From a virus (taxonomy: Duplodnaviria; Heunggongvirae; Uroviricota; Caudoviricetes): a stretch of 42,461 nt of DNA. The position numbers and the translations under genes were made by a program. The notes below the pieces were generated by a model, which did not search any database, was not told the origin of the DNA, and saw nothing but the letters and a program-made list of their open reading frames with translations. Below, piece by piece: positions 18,347 to 26,610 of the stretch (the first letter of the stretch is position 1; every line of letters starts with the position of its first letter). The stretch is taken from the IMG/VR virus record IMGVR_UViG_2703719365_000009, one strand, 5' to 3'.

Positions 18347-19661
18347 TTTAGGTTATGCCGCCACGCTTCCCTCAAAAGAGGCGGTGGCATACTTCCGCGC
18401 CAAAGGGGCGCATATCAGCTGGAACTGGTTCGAAACAGACGCGGATGTTCATGCCCGTTCATTCACGGCGGCAAAAGTGGCACGCCTGGACGTACTGACC
18501 ACACTACAGGCGGAAGTGCAGCGTGCTGTTGATGAGGGGATTTCACAGAAAGCATTTATCCGCACACTGACACCCCGCCTGCAAAAGCTGGGATGGTGGG
18601 GAAAGCAGATTGTGGTGGACAGCGCCGGTAACGCAGAAGAAGTGCAACTGGGCAGTCCCCGCCGTCTGGCGCTGATTTACAACGTGAACACCCGCGTGGC
18701 TTACAATGCCGGGCGTTACACGCAGATGATGAACAACACGGACACGCATCCGTTCTGGCAGTATGTGGCGGTGATGGACAGCCGCACCCGCCCGGCGCAT
18801 TCCGCCCTTAACGGGCAGGTATTCCGCTATGACGATCCGTTCTGGAATACACACTACCCACCCAATGGCTGGAACTGCCGCTGCCGTGTCCGGCCATTGT
18901 CTCAGACCCGTCTGGATGCAATGGGGTTATCCGTTTCATCCGGTCAGGATCATCTTTCCACCCGCAATGTTGAGGCTGGCGTGGATAAGCAGACCGGAGA
19001 AGTCAGAGAAATGCCGGTGACCACATATTCAGATGGCACCAGAACCATGACACCGGATGTGGGCTGGTCATATAACCCCGGCTCGGCGGCGTTCGGCACA
19101 GACCAGGCGTTGATCCGTAAACTGATCGAGGTGAAAAGCCCGGCGCTGCGGGAAATGGTGGTGCAGGAGATGAACAACAGCCCGGAGCGGCAGCTGGCGT
19201 TCCGCATCTGGGCAAAAAACATCATGAAAACCCGGCGAGGCGGTAACGATATCCGCACGCTGGGCTTTATGACCGAAAGCATTGCGCAGGCGGTGGAAAG
19301 CCGGACGGGAACGCCACCGGCCCGCCTGCTGGCGATGAGCGGTAAAAATGTGCTCCATGCGGACAGCGTGAAACATCAGAATGACGGCATCGCCCTGACG
19401 CCGGAGGATTTCGGGCGATTACCGGCAATGCTGGCAAAGCCAAAAGCGGTACTGTGGGATAAACGCCACAACAATCTGATGTATATCGTGGAAAGTAAGG
19501 ATGGCAGTGTGCAGATTGCCGTTAATGCGCCGTACAGCCTGAAGCGTCAGCCGGATAAACTGGATGTGATTGTGAATGCTTACCGGGTTATCAATATGGA
19601 TAAGCTGAAATCGGATATCCGGGGCGGAATGCTTGAGGTACTGGAAGGAGATATTGATTAA
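18330..19661 (+). CDS. Head morphogenesis protein (Mu F / gp30-like)
   Basis: 443 aa; follows portal, overlapping start. Confidence 0.8.
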   Translation: MAQGIDLGYAATLPSKEAVAYFRAKGAHISWNWFETDADVHARSFTAAKVARLDVLTTLQAEVQRAVDEGISQKAFIRTLTPRLQKLGWWGKQIVVDSAGNAEEVQLGSPRRLALIYNVNTRVAYNAGRYTQMMNNTDTHPFWQYVAVMDSRTRPAHSALNGQVFRYDDPFWNTHYPPNGWNCRCRVRPLSQTRLDAMGLSVSSGQDHLSTRNVEAGVDKQTGEVREMPVTTYSDGTRTMTPDVGWSYNPGSAAFGTDQALIRKLIEVKSPALREMVVQEMNNSPERQLAFRIWAKNIMKTRRGGNDIRTLGFMTESIAQAVESRTGTPPARLLAMSGKNVLHADSVKHQNDGIALTPEDFGRLPAMLAKPKAVLWDKRHNNLMYIVESKDGSVQIAVNAPYSLKRQPDKLDVIVNAYRVINMDKLKSDIRGGMLEVLEGDID

Positions 19662-19782
19662 CGGTCAGTGGCGGGGGTCGAACCCGCATACATGATCCAC
19701 CCGGAGGCAGGCACCGACTTTACCAGTTAAGCGTACACTGACCGCCTGCTTATTTTATATTCATATTTTATACGGAGGCAAT

Positions 19783-20256
19783 ATGTCATCCATTGATGCC
19801 GCCGTCGTTGTTGACGTTACGCGTCTCCAGCGGGTCTTTGCCCGGCTTCAGTTTGTGGGTGGCGGAAAAGACCTGGCCCGCAGTGTGGCGTCCAGCCTTC
19901 TGTCATCGTCAGAAATGGCGTTTGAACAGGAAAAAGAGCCGGACGGCGAACGCTGGCATGACTGGTCAGATCCTTACCGCAAGTGGCGTACCCGTAAGGG
20001 ATACATGCCCGGCAAAATCCTGACGCTGAACGGCGATCTGGCCCGACGCCTGACCACGGATTATGGCGACACCTGGGCGCTGATTGGATCAAATGAGCCT
20101 TATGCGGCCATTCATCAGTGGGGTGGCCTGCCAGGTATGCCGCCGGGACCGGCGGCCATTGGTGCACGTCCGTATATGGGCTTTGATCAGGTGGCAGAGC
20201 AGGAGATCATGGACGAAATCAGAAAACGCTTTAAAAAGGCCACAGAAACGCCTTAA
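19783..20256 (+). CDS. Virion morphogenesis protein (Mu G-like)
   Basis: 157 aa; RBS GGAGG; Mu G is about 156 aa at this position. Confidence 0.75.
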   Translation: MSSIDAAVVVDVTRLQRVFARLQFVGGGKDLARSVASSLLSSSEMAFEQEKEPDGERWHDWSDPYRKWRTRKGYMPGKILTLNGDLARRLTTDYGDTWALIGSNEPYAAIHQWGGLPGMPPGPAAIGARPYMGFDQVAEQEIMDEIRKRFKKATETP

Positions 20257-20432
20257 TTGTTTAAGGTATGCAAATGCATTACCTTACCCCCTTCAGGCGC
20301 GTGTCGTGATTTTCTAACCTGTATTTAACGGGCTTTAAAATCTGCGTGAAGCGCCTTTGTATTTTTCCCCTGGAAGCACTTCCTGAAATCCCGCAAAACC
20401 CGCCCTGAAAATTCCCGGCTTATGCTGCCGGA
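20257..20432 (+). promoter_or_regulatory. G-I intergenic region: candidate late promoter and candidate central strong gyrase site
   Basis: 176-bp gap at the midpoint of the element; contains TCCCGCAAAACCCGCCC (20389-20405), similar to the motif upstream of lys. Confidence 0.4.
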
Positions 20433-21557
20433 ATGAAGACGAAAAACACGCCCAAACTTGCTTATGCCATTCTGAATGCCATCAGCCTGTCCGCAGACGG
20501 GGACGGTGACTGGTGTCAGATCATGCCAGCCGGTCGGGTAAAGGCCCGTGACGGTCGCCCGGAAAAACCGGCCGAGGGCTGGCTGATCAACCATGCAGCC
20601 GTTGAGCGCATGGTCTCCCGGGTTGTGGCGCTCAATCAGCCGGTGAAAATTGACTACAACCACCAGACCCTGATTAAGGGGCATCAGGCACCGGCTGCCG
20701 GTTTTGTGATGGCCTCACCGGAGAATTTTCGCTTCAGTGAAGAGCGTGGCTTCGAGGTGCGCCCGAAGTGGAACCCTCCGGCCCTTGAACATCTGCGTAA
20801 TAACGAATTCCCCTGGTTTTCACCGGTGATTGGCTATGACGAGAACACCGGCGAACCTGTCGAACTTCGGATGCTGGCTATTACCGGTGACCCCGGTCTG
20901 ACCGGCATGAATCCTGTCGCCGCGCTGTCGGCGGATGACCTTTATAACGCCTTAAACCCTCCTTTAAAGGATACCTCCATGAATGAGCAATTACGCCAGT
21001 TGCTGACGGCGCTCGGTCTGACCGTGGCTGACGGTGACGAATTTACGCCGGAGCTGGGCACGGCGGCGCTGTCTGCCCTCACCGGGATCAAAACCCGTGC
21101 GGATGCACACGACAACCTGAAAACACAGGTCGCCAGTCTGTCGGCAGAGCTGGAAACCGCAAAAGGCACACCGGCTGGCGGCAGTATTGATCTGACGAAA
21201 TACGTGCCCGTTGAAACGTATAACGCCCTGCGTACCGAATACGTTGCGCTGTCGGCGCAGCACGGCAGCACCACGCTGGAGCAGGTGCTGGACAAGGCTG
21301 AATCCGAAGGGCGCATCTTCAAAAGCGAACGCGGCTATCTGGAACAACTGGGCGGGCAGATTGGCGTTGCGGCACTTTCTGCACAGCTTGACGCCCGCCA
21401 GCCGGTTGCGGCCCTGACCTCTCTTCAGACCGACACCGTGACCGTGCCGGATAAAAAGACTGCCACCGCTGCGCTGTCGGCTGAAGATATCGCGGCCGCC
21501 AAACTGCTGGGTAAAACCGAAGCCGAGTTCCTGAAAATGAAAGAGGAAATGCAATAA
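20433..21557 (+). CDS. Head protease / scaffold protein (Mu I-like)
   Basis: 374 aa; position before major head subunit. Confidence 0.8.
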   Translation: MKTKNTPKLAYAILNAISLSADGDGDWCQIMPAGRVKARDGRPEKPAEGWLINHAAVERMVSRVVALNQPVKIDYNHQTLIKGHQAPAAGFVMASPENFRFSEERGFEVRPKWNPPALEHLRNNEFPWFSPVIGYDENTGEPVELRMLAITGDPGLTGMNPVAALSADDLYNALNPPLKDTSMNEQLRQLLTALGLTVADGDEFTPELGTAALSALTGIKTRADAHDNLKTQVASLSAELETAKGTPAGGSIDLTKYVPVETYNALRTEYVALSAQHGSTTLEQVLDKAESEGRIFKSERGYLEQLGGQIGVAALSAQLDARQPVAALTSLQTDTVTVPDKKTATAALSAEDIAAAKLLGKTEAEFLKMKEEMQ

Positions 21558-22504
21558 TGCCTACCCCGATTACACCGGCGATGATCACCGCCCTGATGAC
21601 GGGCTACCGTTCTGATTTTCAGGCCGGGATGTCCATGGCCCCGTCGCAGTATAAAAAAATTGCGATGACCGTGCCCTCCACATCGAAATCCAACACCTAC
21701 GGCTGGCTGGGGCAGTTCCCGCAGTTCCGTGAGTGGATCGGCTCCCGCGTCATCGAGAAGATGAAAGCCTATGGCTATGCCATCGTGAACAAAACTTTTG
21801 AAGGCACTGTCGCCATTAGCCGCGATGACTTCGAAGACGACAACCTCGGTATTTATTCCCCGTTGTTCCAGGAGATGGGGCGCGCTGCGGCGGTACAACC
21901 GGATGAGCTGGTCTTTGCTGCCCTGCGTGACGGGATCAGTGCGGCCTGCTATGACGGTCAGAACTTCTTTGATACCGAACATCCGGTTTACCCCAAAGTG
22001 GATGGCTCCGGGGATGCGCAGATGGTCAGCAATATGTTTGTGGCAAAAACCGGCTCTGTCGGCGCACAGGCTGATTACAGCGGTCCGGCCTGGTATCTGC
22101 TTGACTGCTCCCGCGCGGTAAAACCGCTGATTTATCAGGATCGCCGTAAGGCTGAACTGGTTGCCCAGACCAAAGTCGATGAAGGTCGCGCATTCACCGA
22201 TAACGAATTTGTGTTCGGTGCATCCGCCCGTCGCAATGTGGGCTACGGCTTCTGGCAGATGGCCTACATGATGCAGTCACCGCTGACGCTGGATGCACTG
22301 TGGCACGGCTGGTCAGCCATGCGCGAATTTACCGCTGACGGTGGCCGCAAACTCGGCATCAAACCCACCCATATTGTTGTCCCCACCTCGCTGGAAAAAC
22401 AGGCGGTGCAGCTGCTGGAGCGTGAACTGTTCGCAGACGGAAACGCCACCGTTTCTAACGAGATGAAGGGCAAGCTGGAGCTGGTTGTCGCGGATTATCT
22501 GTAA
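21557..22504 (+). CDS. Major head subunit (Mu T-like)
   Basis: 315 aa; start overlaps upstream stop (TAATG). Confidence 0.82.
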   Translation: MPTPITPAMITALMTGYRSDFQAGMSMAPSQYKKIAMTVPSTSKSNTYGWLGQFPQFREWIGSRVIEKMKAYGYAIVNKTFEGTVAISRDDFEDDNLGIYSPLFQEMGRAAAVQPDELVFAALRDGISAACYDGQNFFDTEHPVYPKVDGSGDAQMVSNMFVAKTGSVGAQADYSGPAWYLLDCSRAVKPLIYQDRRKAELVAQTKVDEGRAFTDNEFVFGASARRNVGYGFWQMAYMMQSPLTLDALWHGWSAMREFTADGGRKLGIKPTHIVVPTSLEKQAVQLLERELFADGNATVSNEMKGKLELVVADYL

Positions 22505-22511
22505 ATGGTGA

Positions 22512-22530
22512 GCCGGGCTTACGGCCCGGC
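22512..22530 (+). other. GC-rich hairpin just after major head gene (possible attenuator or mRNA stability element)
   Basis: GCCGGGC-TTACG-GCCCGGC stem-loop, no clear U tract. Confidence 0.4.
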
Positions 22531-22547
22531 CCCTGCGGAGGGCAAAT

Positions 22548-22901
22548 ATGAATGAACATCACACTGTGGCAGCAACAGATGATTCAGGCCTTCAGGTCAG
22601 TGGTGACAATTCTGTCACAGTGCTGGCAGAAGTGCGTTGCAGTCGTTCGGCGTTTCGTCGTGCGGGGTTCCTGTTCACGCGTGGACGTCAGCAGGTTGAG
22701 GTCTCCCCGGAGCAGCTTGCCCGACTGGAGGCGGAGCCATGCCTCACTGTGCGAATACTACAGACGCCTGCTGATGATGCGGGGAGCGTGGCGGGTGTGG
22801 TTCATGCAGTGGCCGGTACAGATTTAGCCGAAGCCGGACAGGATACTCCCCGGAAAAAGACCGGTAACAAAGCGAAACAGGCGAAAAAGGCCCGCGCATG
22901 A
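22548..22901 (+). CDS. Hypothetical head-region protein
   Basis: 117 aa; RBS GGAGGG; Lys-rich C-terminus. Confidence 0.55.
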   Translation: MNEHHTVAATDDSGLQVSGDNSVTVLAEVRCSRSAFRRAGFLFTRGRQQVEVSPEQLARLEAEPCLTVRILQTPADDAGSVAGVVHAVAGTDLAEAGQDTPRKKTGNKAKQAKKARA

Positions 22902-23317
22902 ATTACGCCACTGAAACCGATATGCGGGCGCGTTACCGCGAGGATTTGCTCAGGCCGTTACTGGCTGTGCCCCGTTCGGATGAGCCGGACACGCGCAAGC
23001 TGAACCGGGCGCTGACAGATGCGTCAGCCCTTATCGACAGCTATCTGTCCGCCCGTTACACGCTGCCGCTGGAGGTTATTCCGGCCGTTCTTGTTCAGCA
23101 CTGTTGCGCGATTGCCTTTTATTACCTGTGCGATCAGCGAGCCTCCGATCAGGCGCGTGACCGTTACCGTGAAGCGCTGGCCTGGCTGAAAGATGTCATG
23201 AACGGCAATGTGCCGGTTGGTGTGGATACGAACGGTGCGGCCCCTGAATCCGGGGATTTACCACAGGTTCAGTCTGATGCAGCGGTATTCGGGCGCAACC
23301 AGAAGGGCTTCATATGA
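22898..23317 (+). CDS. Head-tail region protein (Mu gp36 position)
   Basis: 139 aa; overlapping start. Confidence 0.6.
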   Translation: MNYATETDMRARYREDLLRPLLAVPRSDEPDTRKLNRALTDASALIDSYLSARYTLPLEVIPAVLVQHCCAIAFYYLCDQRASDQARDRYREALAWLKDVMNGNVPVGVDTNGAAPESGDLPQVQSDAAVFGRNQKGFI

Positions 23318-23874
23318 TTACGGAAACCGAACAGGCATACATCGCCCGTATCCGTGAGTATTTCGGGAATGAACTTGTGTCTGTTGACACGCATCCCGGC
23401 GACTGGAGCGACAGCGTACTGCGCACCATGCTGATTAACGCCCCGGCGATCTACGTTGCCTGGCTGGGTGCCGGTGAAGGCCGTACCCGTGGTCGCCTGG
23501 TCAGTCACTGGGTGTTCTACGTCATCGGCGACATGCTCAACGGGCGTGAGGCCAGCCGTCCCGGACTGTATCAGATTGTGGCCCGGCTGATCGCCGTACT
23601 TAACGGCTTCAGAACAGAAAAAACCTCACCGCTTTACTTTGAAAAGGCGGTCAACGGTTACACCGAAACCCAGGCGGACAGTGGTGCGGTGATGTATGCG
23701 CTTTATTTCTCCTGCGAGGAAATGATCGCACCGCTGACCGATATCAGCTCGCTGGACGACTTCCTGCGTCATTACGAAACCTTTGTGGAGCCGCCCGGTA
23801 CGCCGCCGTTTGAGGCACATATTGATTTGCCGGGGAACACGACAACGGCGGTCGAACCGCCGGAGGAACTGTAA
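23314..23874 (+). CDS. Head-tail region protein (Mu gp37 position)
   Basis: 186 aa; overlapping start. Confidence 0.6.
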   Translation: MITETEQAYIARIREYFGNELVSVDTHPGDWSDSVLRTMLINAPAIYVAWLGAGEGRTRGRLVSHWVFYVIGDMLNGREASRPGLYQIVARLIAVLNGFRTEKTSPLYFEKAVNGYTETQADSGAVMYALYFSCEEMIAPLTDISSLDDFLRHYETFVEPPGTPPFEAHIDLPGNTTTAVEPPEEL

Positions 23875-24120
23875 ATGAAAACCATCTTTATCAAACCCGC
23901 GCCGGGACGCCTGATTCGTGATCCCGACACAATGCGCCCGCTGGCACAGGAGGGGGAGGAAAAGCCCTTTACGCCGTTCTGGTGTCGGCGTCTTGATGAC
24001 GGCGATGTCATTCAGGCTGAAAAAGCCGCTGAAGAGGCTCCGGCTGTATCTGCGGATGCAACGACTGCGACAGAAAAACCGGTCGCCCAACCGGCATCCG
24101 ATAAGGAGAAACCGCAATGA
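23875..24120 (+). CDS. Small head-tail region protein (Mu gp38 position)
   Basis: 81 aa; starts immediately after upstream stop. Confidence 0.55.
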   Translation: MKTIFIKPAPGRLIRDPDTMRPLAQEGEEKPFTPFWCRRLDDGDVIQAEKAAEEAPAVSADATTATEKPVAQPASDKEKPQ

Positions 24121-25619
24121 TTAATTTTGACGGGATCGGTAATGACCGCCGTATACCGCTGATTGAGGTTGAGTTTAATAACTCCATGGCTGTCACCGGC
24201 ACTCCGGCACAGCGTCAGTGTGTGCTGCTGTTTGGTCAGGCGAGAATGAAAGAGAATGCCGTGGACGGTGCCGGTGTTCTGGATGTTCCGGTCAGGATCA
24301 CCCGTGCGTCTCAGGCAACAGAACTCTGGGGGCGCGGCTCCATGATTGCCCTGATGGTGGCGGAATTTATCGCCATCAATCCTGATGCTGAACTGTATGC
24401 CATTGCTCAGGGGAACGGCACCGGACAGGCAACGGCTGCGGCCATGAATCTGACCGGAACGGTCACCCGTGACGGGATTGTTTATGCCTGCGTGGGGGGG
24501 CGGCGTTATACACTTCCGGCACCAAAAGGTAAGAAAGGCAAAGAACTGACCGACGAGCTGGCCGCGCTGATCAATGCCGATCCTGACGCGCCCTTCACGG
24601 CCTCCTCTGGTGCAGGAAGTGGTGATAATGGCGCAGGTCTGAAAGGGTCTCTGGGGATCACCGCCCGCTTTACCGGTGAATGCTCCGTTCATGATGTGCG
24701 CCTGAACTATTACGACGGGGAAGCAACCCCGGAAGGAATACAGGTCGCTATAGCCTATCCGAAACAAAAAGCGGCTAACCCGGATATCACCCGAAGCGTG
24801 GCGGGTATGGGCGATCGCCAGTACAACTATGTCGTCATGCCCTATAAGGATGATGCAAACCTGAAAATCATCAGTGATGAGCTTCTGAAACGCTGGGGAC
24901 CGGCCAAAATGTCTGACGGCGTGCTGTGGCTGGCACATACCGGCACGTTTGGTGAGGTGCAGGCATTCGGGGCAAAACGCAATGATTTTCTGGCGACCTG
25001 CACATCCATTCCCAAAGCCCCTGAACCGGATTACCTCTGGGCAGCGGCGGTCTGTGCCACCTGTGCACCCTCTCTGGGAGCAGATCCTGCGCGTCCGCTT
25101 CAGACGCTGGCGCTTCCGTCACGCATGGCCCCGGCTCCGGCCGATCGTCTGACGCGTGAAGAGCGTAACAGTCTGCTGTGGGGAGGGATTGCCACGGTCA
25201 GTGTGGCTGCCGGTGATGTGGTTCAGATCGAACGTCAGGTGACCATGTATCGCCAGAACGTGTACGGCGAAAGTGATCCCAGCTATCTGGATGTGGAAAC
25301 CATCTACACCCTCTCCTGGCTGCGTTATTCCCTGCGTACTTTTATCACACAACGTTTTCCGCGCCATAAACTGGCTGATGACGGGACGCCCGTTCGTGCC
25401 GGTCAGAATATCGTGACGCCGGAGATCATGAAGCTTCAGTTAATTTCGCTGGGTGAAGAGTGGGTGGAGCTCGGGCTGGTCGAAAATCTGGACACCTTTA
25501 AAAAGAATCTGCTTGTGGAGCGTAATGCGTCAGATCGAAACCGTCTTGACGTGTTATGCACGCCGGATCTGGTTAACCAGTTCCGCTTCCTGGCAGCACA
25601 GATCCGTTTCATTTTGTGA
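24117..25619 (+). CDS. Tail sheath protein (Mu L-like)
   Basis: 500 aa; RBS AAGGAGA; size and position. Confidence 0.85.
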   Translation: MINFDGIGNDRRIPLIEVEFNNSMAVTGTPAQRQCVLLFGQARMKENAVDGAGVLDVPVRITRASQATELWGRGSMIALMVAEFIAINPDAELYAIAQGNGTGQATAAAMNLTGTVTRDGIVYACVGGRRYTLPAPKGKKGKELTDELAALINADPDAPFTASSGAGSGDNGAGLKGSLGITARFTGECSVHDVRLNYYDGEATPEGIQVAIAYPKQKAANPDITRSVAGMGDRQYNYVVMPYKDDANLKIISDELLKRWGPAKMSDGVLWLAHTGTFGEVQAFGAKRNDFLATCTSIPKAPEPDYLWAAAVCATCAPSLGADPARPLQTLALPSRMAPAPADRLTREERNSLLWGGIATVSVAAGDVVQIERQVTMYRQNVYGESDPSYLDVETIYTLSWLRYSLRTFITQRFPRHKLADDGTPVRAGQNIVTPEIMKLQLISLGEEWVELGLVENLDTFKKNLLVERNASDRNRLDVLCTPDLVNQFRFLAAQIRFIL

Positions 25620-25627
25620 GGTAAGGC

Positions 25628-25993
25628 ATGAGCGGAAAACAGTATCAGGGTACGGCCACTATCCGTGTGAACGGTCAGGAATACGAGACGCTTGAGGGGG
25701 CTACATTTTCTCCGTCTGGTTTTGAACGTGAAGTGGTGAAAGGCGCGAAAGTCTATGGTTACCGCCAGAAACCACGTGAAGCGACGCTGGACTGCAAATT
25801 TCCGGCAGGCGGAGAAGGTTCACCAGCCGCCGATGAAATCAACAACTGGACTGCGGTCACTATCGAGTTTGTGGCGGATACCGGCGAAGTCCACATGATG
25901 ACGAAGGCCTGGAGCAGTGAACCGGCCTCGCTTGACGGTGGCGGGGAGATCTCCGTGAAGTTCGCCAGCGCCTCCAGTACCCGTGTTCAGTGA
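25628..25993 (+). CDS. Tail tube protein (Mu M-like)
   Basis: 121 aa immediately after sheath. Confidence 0.75.
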   Translation: MSGKQYQGTATIRVNGQEYETLEGATFSPSGFEREVVKGAKVYGYRQKPREATLDCKFPAGGEGSPAADEINNWTAVTIEFVADTGEVHMMTKAWSSEPASLDGGGEISVKFASASSTRVQ

Positions 25994-26007
25994 TCAGGAA
26001 AAATAAA

Positions 26008-26484
26008 ATGACCACACGTAAGAAAAAAACGGCAGTTTCCGAGGCAGCCGTGATGGAGGCAATCCGGGAAGCACTTGAGGGGGCTGATCCACGCACTGCC
26101 GGGCTGACAGAGCAACTGGCAAAGGGATATGTGGATCTGCTTGATGGTCTGCCGTTTGGTGAAACCCGTGAATATCGTGTCACGTTCCGGGAACTGACAG
26201 CGAAAGACAGTATTGACGCAGAAGCAGAAGCCGAGCGCGTGGTGGAGACAAACAATGGCCCGATGCTGATAGCGTCTCCGTCGTTACGCGGTGTTGCACT
26301 GCTGCGCCGTCAGATTGCCGCAGTGGGAGACATTGAAGGTCCGTTGTCACCCCGTCAGATTGGACAGTTAAGCGAGCGCGATCTCTCCCGCCTGATGGCA
26401 GCGGTCAGCCTGCTGGATACCGCGCTTGCCGGAAAGCTGGCAGCTGACCGGGGGCGATCAGGCGCAGTGTCGGGATCAGATTGA
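26008..26484 (+). CDS. Tail assembly chaperone (between tube and tape measure); alternative GTG start at 25990
   Basis: ORF with RBS AGGA before ATG 26008; acidic protein in the canonical chaperone position. Confidence 0.65.
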   Translation: MTTRKKKTAVSEAAVMEAIREALEGADPRTAGLTEQLAKGYVDLLDGLPFGETREYRVTFRELTAKDSIDAEAEAERVVETNNGPMLIASPSLRGVALLRRQIAAVGDIEGPLSPRQIGQLSERDLSRLMAAVSLLDTALAGKLAADRGRSGAVSGSD

Positions 26485-26608
26485 AGAAGCGGCAATTATC
26501 CTGGGGATGGTGACAAAAAGCGGTCCGGAATGGGCGCTTAACCTCCCCCTGTCGCAACTTTACCGGCACTGCCGACAGACAGAAAAAATCATCAGAACGA
26601 AGCAGTAA
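26426..26608 (+). CDS. Overlapping +1-frame ORF; candidate frameshift-extended C-terminus of tail assembly chaperone
   Basis: Open frame overlaps chaperone 3-prime end and ends 2 nt before tape measure start; slip site not identified. Confidence 0.35.
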   Translation: MPESWQLTGGDQAQCRDQIEEAAIILGMVTKSGPEWALNLPLSQLYRHCRQTEKIIRTKQ

Positions 26609-26610
26609 GT

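Noticed and set aside
19663-19742. Functional tRNA gene on the minus strand between F and G
   Set aside because: Acceptor, D and T arms are recognisable but no anticodon stem can be formed and no CCA is encoded; reported as a tRNA-like relic, not a tRNA gene.
24012-24938. 308-aa minus-strand ORF antisense to the tail sheath gene
   Set aside because: Shadow ORF inside a strongly supported late gene; no RBS and no plausible operon context.
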